Source of the DNA: the human T2T-CHM13v2.0 reference genome, Homo sapiens
NCBI RefSeq assembly: GCF_009914755.1
Contig: NC_060942.1
Direction: 5' to 3' (one strand)
Length of the DNA: 64,000 nucleotides
Shown here: positions 52,951 to 64,000 of the stretch, piece after piece
How the letters are laid out: each line of letters opens with the position of its first letter
How positions within the stretch are numbered: position 1 is the first letter of the stretch
Position numbers and translations under genes: made by a program
Notes under the pieces: model-generated
The model's database searches: none
Seen by the model: only the letters and a program-made list of their open reading frames with translations
Told to the model about the DNA's origin: nothing

Positions 52951-55129
52951 AAAACACAGTCTGTGCTTCAATTCTAAACCGCTGTTTTTGTACTACAGCC
53001 TTGTTTATATGGTGGTAAGAAGTCATGGAGAGGAAATATTCTATAATGTTATAATTAAATATCATTTTTTCTTGGTCCTGAGTCCCTGGACTATAACTTT
53101 TTAAGTATTTCTTAGATTTTTTTTTTCTTCCCCACTACTTAGGTGAGACAGGAATTAGGTGGGTAGCATTGTTTAATTGTCCTCCTGCTTCCTAGGTGAG
53201 ATAAGGCTCTGGTAAAGTCTTTTCTCCAGGAAATTAAGCATTTATTATGGATAATTTACTGAGAATATTTCAAAATAACTACTTTTCTCTTTTCCCACTA
53301 GATACCTGAAGTGTTTTGTTTGTTTGTTTTTGTTTGTTTTGGCTGTTTTCAGTCATAATCTGGTCCCTCTTTGTAAAATTCATGAAACTCTCGGTGCCCC
53401 GAAGACTCTCGACCCCAGGAGTTTCTCACTTGCAAGCTAACCCACCTCAGTTTCCAGCAGCATTTAAAAATTACCATTTAAGTATTCCTGTCAGCTTCTG
53501 GCTCCAGTAACTTGTGCTTCACATAAGTAGACCTTGACTATGTTTTCCTGTGATGTCAGTCCTCTCATGGATCCAAGAAAATTCATTGATTTTTCGTTTG
53601 TTCAGCTTTGTTGCTGTTGTTGTTGTAGGACAGTAATCATGACTTCCCAGTTCTTTAGATGTGGGAGCTAAATCCAAAAATGCAGTTACATCCTCTTTTA
53701 AGTAACTGTCCCCATCTTGTATTTCCCTTCTCCGTCTCCTGTTCTTCTCTAAGATGACATCTGAGAATCTGAGAGAAGGGGTATATGTGATCTTATAGTG
53801 GAGGTGTAGAAGGGATCCCTTCCATATGTCCTCAGGTTCCTGTACTGCTCTGTGTCTTATTGGGTCTTCCCAGAGGTGTTGCTGGTTAACACTTGCTCAG
53901 CAAGTGTCCGCAGCTGAGTCCTTGAACTTTTTTCTCCTGGCTCTGATAGTTCCCTCTGCTTATCCAGCCTCACTTTGACCTTGCTAAAACTGCAGTCCCC
54001 CACAGTTACAGCAATGCATCCTATTTAATTTACCTCTGATCATCCTTTATGTACCTCCTCACCAGGGCAGGGGCCATTCTGAGAGACAGGTCTCTCTCAG
54101 AGTCCCAACTAGTCAATAGTACAAAAGCCCCTTTACTTCTAACTCTGTTCTCAACAAATGTTTTCCTTTGGAATTTTAGCTCCAAAGGAAGGGAGGCCAT
54201 GACAACCTTGTGTCTCCACCAGCCTTTGAACTTAATTTCCTTCTTCATCTCAGTAACCACTCAAGGCCAAGAAGGAAGGACTCCTTGCTCATCCTCATTT
54301 GCCACGGCTCCACTCAGCATCATGGCCTCTTCTTTCCCAGTGGGTCATTCATCCCCTTCCTTTTTCAGAGGCTACAATGGCAAAAATAGTGTGCAGAAAC
54401 ATGACTACATGCAGGGAATAAAATGCATTGATTTAATATTCTCAATGGATTCTCATCTTTACATATACAATATAAAATTGGTATATTAATACTTATCATA
54501 AGGGCTTTTCTAAAGATTGGGATAATATATATGTAAACCATTCGGAAAACTGTATTCATTGTACAAATGTGAGATTTTAATATTTGATACTGCTAATCAC
54601 TGTCATGTAAGCTAACACTAATACTTTAATTCAGAGGGATATACTATGTAGATTTGAATAATAAACTTTTGGCAAGGAAGCAGCTGCCATCTTGAACTAT
54701 GAAGATTCTTGGCTAATTTAATGATCAAGGAAAAAAAAAGTAGTAAATATGAGAAAATAATTTCAAAAAAAATTAGCCTATTACTCATCATAAAGTTATT
54801 TGTTTTCCCTTAAAACATTAATAATGGATGAATATCTATGGTTGTTTTATTTCTTTCTTGGAGAAGTATGTAGCGGGCATCACTGGGGGCATCTCAAAAT
54901 AATCCTAAGACAAGAAACAAGAGATCCCAAATAGGAAACCCATAGCAATTTATTCATGATTTGTTTAATTATTCCAAAAGTAATCAAAGGAACAGTATGT
55001 TGTTTTGGGAATATTGTGAATTGCCCATCTGGTTCAGCTAAACTACAGAACTAGACTCATTTTTAACACAAACACACAGAACATATTCCTCAAGACCAAA
55101 TCTGTAATGGATATTTCAGCAAAAATTTA

Positions 55130-56470
55130 CTGTGTCTGTCTGACACAGGCCTTGTGGTAGGTTTTGCAGATAAACAATTAATTAACAATGGTTGCTGTGC
55201 TTTAATATCCTTTAGTTTCAATGGGAAGATGACCTCTAAATAGAAATTTCAAAATAATGTGACAAATGTTACGATGTAGGTAGCTGTGAAAGCACACAGA
55301 AGCATCACTTAGTTCAGATTAGGGATTGAAAGAAGGCTTTTAGAAGAGCCATGCTGAATCTATACCTTGAATATTCATTGAGTAGGACTTATCCAGGCAA
55401 AATAAATAGTGATAAATATTTTAAGTGGAGGGAGAGTAGAAGATATATGAGTATAGCATAGAAAGGAAATTTTAAGCAATGTATTGTTGCTGGAGCACAG
55501 AGTGTGAGTAGGGCATCGTGGTAGGGAGACACTGGAGGGGGTATATAGGGGCAGGTTATAGAGGGCCTCCTGTCCCACAAAAAGTGTTTGGGCTTCATCC
55601 CATTGGTGATAGTGAGCCACTGAGGAATTTTTAGCAGGGCTGATATAAGGTTAGTTTTACATTTTGTATAAACAACCCTAATGCCACTGTAGAGAACAAG
55701 GAGAACAAGGAAAGCCAGACAGACAGAGGTATTTGTGAGGAGACTATTGCAGTAGGTCAAGAAAGAGATGTTGAGAATCTGATCCATAAGGGCAGGGATG
55801 ATAGAAGATGGATTTTGGAGATGTATAAGAGCAAGAATAAACAGGATTTGGGAATCCCCTTAAGGTGTGTGTAGCAGGGAGGGAATAGATAAATGACGGG
55901 GGTAAAATTAGGATAACCCTAGTTTTCAATGTTGGGTGTATAACAATACCAATATCTAAGTTAGCAAGCAAAGAAAGAGAATACCATTAGTAAAACTCTG
56001 TAAAACTCAATTTGTGATATATTGACTTTGATATGCTAGTGAGACATCAAAATTGTAATTGTAGTAGGAAATTAAATAAATGATTCTGAAGCTTTGGGAA
56101 AAGATGTGAGCCAAAGATAAATATTAGAGTGTTATAAGCTTACACATGCTAGTTCAACGATTGGAATTAAGGAGAGTGTTCAAGGATAGTGTGGAGAGAG
56201 AAGGAAACAATGGACAGAGGACAGAACTCCAGGATAACCCTATATGATGGCACAAGATGCAAAAGCGAGTTCAAATGTGACTAAGAAACAATAGTTGAGA
56301 GAGAAAAGGAGTAAGAGGAAATACCATGGAAGGCGAGTGTCAACAGTATCATGTGCAGCTAAAAGTGCTTGTAAAATTCAGGACCTAAGGGATCCTGTGT
56401 ATTTGAAATCATGGACTTCAGAACTTCCAAGGCATTTTGTGATGCTTAATAAATATGTTAAATAACTAAA
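55130..56470 (-). mobile_element. L2 LINE fragments
   Basis: Purine-rich antisense L2 text (gaaggcttttagaagag..gagccactgaggaatttttagcaggg..gactttgatatgctagtgagacatcaaa). Boundaries are approximate. Confidence 0.65.
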
Positions 56471-56553
56471 TGAGTAGAAAAATTAAGTACTGCCGTAATT
56501 CAGGTTCTTTGAGGGGCCAGAGACCACCACACATGCAGTTATAAAGAGAATTA

Positions 56554-56856
<303 letters not shown>

Positions 56857-57569
56857 TTAAAACTGAGAAATTGGACACAATAAATACAGACAAAACTCAG
56901 AACACTAAGAAAGGTGGGGAGACAAAAGCAATAAAGGGTGACGCAGAGTTAGGTTGTGTTTTGTTTCTGTTTTGCTGTTTTTTATTTTAGAATAAAACAG
57001 ACTTTCACATATGTGTGAATTGAATTTTCTTCAACCAAGATAGACATTAAAAATATAGGAAAGTGCAGAAAATACTGGAGGAGCAAAGAACTGGAGAAAG
57101 TGGTGTAAAATTGCACTGAGAACACTGGACTTTGAAGGGACTAGATTTGAGAAAAAGAAGTTGGGATGACTGCAAATACGGACAGAATGTTGGCCACAGT
57201 TAAATCAATCACTTCACCCATGGTAGGAAAACATGATTTACTGAAAGTGAGGGGGTTGGCCATTTAGTGTCTATGTACATTTTTCATAAATCTTGCTATT
57301 AAACCATTTAATTAGAAGTGCTACTGAATCAATGCTTCAGAGCTCTGAGACTTTGTGTTCTCAAAGATATCCAAAATTAAAGCCTTTTATATGAATTGTC
57401 AGGCAGAAATATAAAAACAAGCAGTCACAATATTGACTTTCCTTCTGATTAAGAGCCCATAACATTAGAGGGAGGAAGAAAAATAGAATTATTTGGGGGA
57501 GCTCTTTGTCCATTGCTCCCCGGGCTGTATTGTATCATCTGTTTACTTTTCCTGGCTCTCCTACTATAG

Positions 57570-57735
57570 ACAGTGTGCTATAGTGGGAAGAACCTGTGCT
57601 TTGGAGCCATAGAGACTGGGTTGCTTTTTACTTTTTCCATTTAGTAGCTGAATGCCCTTGGGTAAATTATTTTATATCTCTGAGCCTCAATATCCTCATT
57701 TATGAAATATAGCTCATGAACCTACCGTATAGGCT
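57570..57735 (+). mobile_element. MIR SINE
   Basis: gctttggagccatagagactggg..ccttgggtaaattattttatatctctgagcctcaatatcctcatttatgaaat. Confidence 0.7.
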
Positions 57736-58246
57736 TGGTGCAAGACACAAATGGGGTAACTCTGAACCTAGTGCTTGGAATTCGGCTACCAGTTCCCTCC
57801 CTAGGCTGTGAACTTCTAAAAGGCAGGAAAAATCTTAGTCCCTGGATCCCCAGTTCTTTGCACAGTCCTGGACATGCACACACAAACACACACCCCACAT
57901 TTAGTAAAGGTTGGTTGATTATTCAAATAAATAAACGAGAAAGTTCTACAACACATAGTAATTTATAATTAAAAAGAAGATCTTGATGAGAACACAATAT
58001 ATGCTAATATATGCTGATTCACTTGTGAAGCCATTTAGCAGTAGCTTTTCAGGCTCCTGACTTCCTCCCATGCTTAGTATGGGAAATTTATGCCAAAGGG
58101 CCTTTGGCACCTGCCAAAAAATAACTGGTCATTTCCTTCTTTTATAATTTTTGTATATTCTCTGGTAGAGTAGTTAATGAGCAGTAAAATGCAAGGAAGA
58201 AAAGCAAAACAGGTAAAGTATATATCTCTAAATAACAGTTGACTAC

Positions 58247-58650
58247 TGTATTATGTCATTCTTGCATTGGTAGAAATCCCTGAGACTGGGTAATTTATAA
58301 AGAAAAGATATTTAATTGGCTCATAGTTCTGCAGGCTTTACAGGAAGCACAGTGCTGGCACTTGCCAACTTCTGGTGAAGGCTCAGGGAGCTTTCGATCA
58401 TGGTGGAAGGTGAAGTGGGAGCAAGCACCATCACATAGGGAAAGCAGGAGCAAGCAAGAGTGGGGGGTAGCGAAGGTGCCACACACTTTTAAATGACCAG
58501 CTCTCATGAGAACTCACTATTGGCAAGACAGCACCAGGCCATGAGGGACCGCCCCTGTGATCCAAACACCTCCCATCAGGCCCCAGCTCTAGCATTGGCA
58601 ATTACAATTCAACAGGAGATTTGGGTGGGGCCAAATATCTAAACTATTTA
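58247..58650 (-). mobile_element. MSTA/MSTB-type MaLR solo LTR
   Basis: cctgagactgggtaatttataaagaaaaga..ttaattggctcatagttctgcaggct..catggtggaaggtgaag..ctctcatgagaactcactat..attacaattcaacaggagatttgggtgggg. Confidence 0.9.
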
Positions 58651-60539
58651 AACTATACATATGTTTGTCTCTTTTTCTGTGTAATTTTTTTCATCATGAA
58701 TTTTCCTCCCTAGCCTACAAGATGATGCACAGTTCTGTGCTTTGTTTTAAAAGTTTCTCAAACCACCGTAAGTTAGGGCTTCCAAAATAAGCTGATTAAA
58801 ATCTAGCTGTGTTAAAAGCTCCTGTTCCTGGATTATCAGAAAACAGATGGGGTAGGAGGCCTTTCACATACAGAGGGATCCCTTTTCATAGCAATATAAA
58901 GCACCAACCCTTGGAGAGAACAAACAGATTTTAAGTATTGGCTTCTTTTTCCATAATCACAGCTGATTTATGTATCCGTTATGCACGGAGAAATTCGGTA
59001 GCTGTATGGTCAGCTTCTGAATGGTTGTTAACTGTGTTTTCCATGCACAGAATGAGGCTAAATGGGAGAGACTATGGCATTAACTTGTAATGATCATGTC
59101 TGGATCTGCTTCCCAATGTTTGGACACAAGAGAAACCTGATAAAAACTGAAGCTTGGGTTCTGATACCCTTTTTCTGCTCCCACTAAAGGAAGCTGGGTG
59201 GATTTGGCACCTACATCTAATTTTCCATAGCCTCTGCTCAGTCTGTAGCCTCAGTTTGTAGTTAATTAACCTGTTCATGAAATGTAAATAGTAATGGACA
59301 TTCTGTGTGCCACATAGCTGCTGGTGGAAGGGAGCTGTCAGTCTGTAACACTTGCTCAGGGAGCTTCTCTCCTTTCAGTCTTGGCAGGAACATTTGAGCA
59401 ACATGAGCTTCAGTGGGAAGGAGTGGCCAGCTGAAAATGTAAGGTGTTTTTCCCACCTAATAGGGGATTACTAGTAGGTTATTTAGGATTCCTCCAACCA
59501 CTCTATCTTGTATGGGATCCAAGGGAGCATTACCACATGGCCTTATTTTAGGAAATTTTCTTTCACTAGTCATTATGACTCTGTTCTGTACAGGGAGAAA
59601 GTTGCTGCATCACGGTTCAAAGAGTTAGGATTTTGTAAGAAAATTTCTTTGAATCTTTTTAAAGATAATACTATGTTAGAAAAAGAGCACAAACGGTAAT
59701 TGGTTTGTTTGGTTTTATTTTCTGTAGCTTAATTAACCAGTATGGTATGAAACAGGTATGCTGTTTTTTGGTATTTGGAGAACAAAATGACCTCTGTACA
59801 TAAGAACATCATTTATTTTAAGATATCTCACTGTGTTGCCAGTCATCCCCCTTTTCTGCCTATGAGACAAAAGCCTTAATGATCCTCTTTGGAGTGCCCT
59901 TATCCCCAAAACTCCTTTTCTTTACATAAAAAGTTTTATTTATTTTAAATGTTCCTCTCCATCAACAAAAATTGATTATGTAATATTTCAATTTAATTTA
60001 TTTGGTATTGATGTTGACCACTTCAGAAATGTAAAACTGGCATTTCATTCTCCTAGAGTTCTTTTCTTTTTACCTATGATTGCTCTGATTTTTATCTGTA
60101 AACATTATTTTAGTTGTTAATGACTAATTTTTGTTAATTTGATTTTTTCCTAGTCCCTATTTTCTTTTCTTTGTCGTCAATATTTCCAGAATGACAATGA
60201 TAGTAGCTAGGAACTGCTATGTATATACCTACTGTCTAAATGCCTAAATTCTCATTTAATCCTCACAACAACTATAAAGCACAGAATTGCTGCTGTGCTC
60301 ACTTCACACCCTGAAAGATGTTACACACGGCCACTACACGGCAGAGCTGGGCTTCACGGCTGCACATGGCTAACAAAACCCCTGTCCTTCCCTCTGTATT
60401 TTACTGAAGCATTTCGAGTGTTTATGATTCTGCATTAAATATTTTAAAAACCAAACACTTTGGCCAAAAATAAAGATTAATTGCAGGCATATCTACCAGG
60501 ACAAGTGCATTTATATAAATAGCTACTAGGTAGAAAACA

Positions 60540-61100
60540 CAAAAGCTAAACCATGAAATCAAATATAATAGCTTTACTTTTTTCTTGAATGTTAAAAGTT
60601 GTCTTTTGTCTACTAAAATCTATATTTTATTTCTTAGGAAACATTATTTTAGGAATGTATAAAGATATAACTTGAAGAATATTGTCTGTACAAAATATTG
60701 AAGAAACCTAAGTGGCTATCAGTAGAGGACTGTTGCTATTAATACTGGCTTGGCAGTGCAAGAGTATTCTCTGTAGCAATTAAAAAGAACAAGAACTTAT
60801 GTATTTTGATTTGGAAAGATGACTGTGAGCCAAATGTATTATAGGGCAATAAGTGTTGTATTAACCAATTTTTTGAATAAAAATATATATGTAATTATAT
60901 GTATATAGGGCTATGCCTCTATAAGTATAGCAAAATATCCAGTGAGGAATTGTATTAAATTGTATTCAACAAAATGTTAATAAGTAACTCTGGAGTCAAA
61001 TCAGAGAGGCATAGTGGTAATTTTGATTTTTAATATAAATAATTAAAAAGGAACAATGAGATTAATGGATTTTTTTATATTTTTGTTTTAAAAATTAATT
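60540..61100 (+). mobile_element. Old L1ME-like 3' fragment
   Basis: aaatattgaagaaacctaagtggctatcagtagaggactg..gcaattaaaaagaac resembles the end of old L1 ORF2 and its 3' UTR. Confidence 0.45.
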
Positions 61101-62029
61101 TTTATTAATTTTATTATCTGACTCTTTTCTTAAGGTATTTCTCTGTGCTTAGAAATGGATATTCTCTGTCTGTGGGCCATATATAATCTTCACATATACA
61201 CCTTATTTCCACTGAAGAACAAATCACCAGGTTAAAAAAAATTATACTTTTCTACAAAGCAAATGAAGGGCTGTGGATATTTAAAAATCTAAAAGAACTA
61301 AACTTCAGAGGGATGAGTCTTTCTGAGAAACAGCTCAGGGACAGCTGATGTTTTCATACTTGGAACCAATTTTTGTGGGTGGCAGCAGGGCTGGTAGAGA
61401 ATAGAATCCAAACAGTATTGGCTTGGACAGAGGCAAACCTGGCACCTTTTAACAAGCCCATGGATTGGAATGCTGCAGGACCCTCAAAAACAAAGACAAT
61501 TCTTTCTGTGAAGTAATTCCCTTACATAGGAATTTTGGTGAGTAACAGAACCTGGGTGTAGGGTGGGAAAGCAGAAAGAAAACTCAGATTCTCCAAGTCA
61601 ATGTCTGCAGCCTTGTTATCTGTATTCCTATAGTCTTGAAATCTCATAGTCCCACAGTCTCAGGCTTTCACAGATGGGAAGTTCTGAGGTCCAGCAGTCT
61701 TGTGATTTGATCCCAGGGTCCCAGTATAGGGAGAAGGTAACTTCAAACCATTCAAAGCCAGACATGAGTTGAGTCTTACCAAAGTCATAACTGAACTCCC
61801 ACCCAATTCAACTTCTGATGAGATCAAATATATCAATACTGAGCTGGTATACAAAGGTGGGGCTAAAGAGCAAGGACAGATTTATGAAACTCCCTGTATT
61901 CTAATTCTAAAGCCTTCCTAGAGGAATCAAAACCACAGTGTCTCTCTAAATCAGCTCAATCATTGATTGAATCAAACTGAACAGCCTCTCACCCTAATTC
62001 AGCCCAGTGACCTAACACTGACAGAGGAA

Positions 62030-62920
62030 AGTAGTATTCCTTATTTTTAGAAAGAAATAAATAATACACACATATTTTAGACACGGTATCCAGTATACAA
62101 TAGAAAATAATAAAAAGGGCAAAAAAGGAGGATGACTCATGGTTAAAAAGAAAATCATGCATTAGATACAAATGCACAGATGATGAAGATATAGGAATTA
62201 TTAAACAAGATCTTTAAAATAGCTATAATAACACAAATAATAATAAATATGTTAAAGAATCTACAGAAAAGCATGATATAATGAGTGGAAAGATGGAGAG
62301 TTTCAGGAAATAATTTGAAGCCCCAGAAAGGACCAAATGGAAGCCAAGAACTGAAACTGATTAATATGGTTTTTGCAATAACAACATTTAATTGGGGTGG
62401 GGGGTAACATCGGGCTGGACAGAGGAAGGATCATTAAAATTGAAAACAGGTAGAAATTATGCAAATGGAAGCAAAGAGAGACAAAGATTGAAAATATGAG
62501 AACATAGCCACGGTAGGATAACAGCAAACAGTTTAATATTCATATAATTGGAATACCAGGCAAAAGGAAGAGAAAGAATGAAAAATAAAGTAATATTTTA
62601 AAAAATGGATAAAATTTAAATTGATTTAAAAAGAAAGCAGCAAATCATGTATTCAGAATAAATAAAAAAAAATCTAGGCACATCCTAATGATACTGCTGA
62701 AAAACCAACAATATAGAGAGAAATCTTAAAAGGGGCCAGAGGAAAATTACCACAATACACACAAGAGAACAACAAGAAGAAGACATAATTTCTTACTAGA
62801 AACAATGAATGTTAGAAGATGATATAATGGCATTTTTAAGTGCCCAAATTAAAACAGGGGAAAAAAAGCAAAACAAAACAACAAACAAATCTTGCCAATC
62901 TAAAAGTTCTATACATCAGA
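62030..62920 (+). mobile_element. Old L1M/HAL1-like ORF1-region remnant
   Basis: A-rich text typical of L1 ORF1 (ggaattattaaacaagatctttaaaatagctat, ataattggaataccagg, gagaaatcttaaaagg, ttcttactagaaacaatg). Confidence 0.6.
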
Positions 62921-63159
62921 AAACCTATTTCTGCTTGGGATGCAGAAAGCCAGAAAGGGGAATTTGAACACACTTGTGAACTCTTCATGGGCTTCACTGA
63001 GTCCCCACAAGAACAATTGGCAAGAGTCTTGAGAACGTGTCCCTCCTGGTACAGACCAGGATGAGGGGAACAGGCGCTGCTACAAGAAACTCACGACATG
63101 CAGTTCAGATCCTTCTCTCCACTCTCCCCTTTTAAACCAAGACTTTAAAATAGGCCAGG

Positions 63160-64000
<841 letters not shown>

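Noticed and set aside
54049-54489. 146-aa intergenic ORF (also 42625-43008 and 55389-55787)
   Set aside because: No recognisable homology, splice structure or promoter. The composition is consistent with chance or repeat-derived ORFs.

Overview
Primate (very likely human) genomic DNA with no prokaryotic features. The window holds the 3' end of ASXL3 on the + strand: four coding exons (9678-9774, 12044-12149, 16216-18172, 20617-24324). They splice in frame through canonical AG/GT sites and encode the end of the ASXH/DEUBAD domain, a long Ser/Glu-rich region, ASXM1, ASXM2 (LxxLL), a poly-Pro tract and the C-terminal PHD-type finger. A ~4.6 kb 3' UTR follows, ending near 28920. The introns and ~35 kb of downstream DNA are mostly transposon relics (Tigger1, MER33, MER20, MER5, L2, MIR, ERVL/MaLR LTRs, Alus, old L1M and three L1PA copies). 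I found no convincing undescribed multi-gene system. The best leads are: (1) a stop codon overlapped by ATTAAA/AATAAA just inside the intron after the 1957-nt exon, a candidate intronic-polyadenylation isoform that would cut through a putative BRD4-ET-binding motif; (2) a palindromic 26-bp minisatellite with an adjacent perfect hairpin before a coding exon; (3) two twin-primed, 5'-inverted L1PA insertions with clean TSDs in a nested L1M>MLT1>L1PA stack; (4) several local templated duplications. Repeat subfamily names, exon numbers and residue numbers come from memory of consensus and reference sequences and were not computed.
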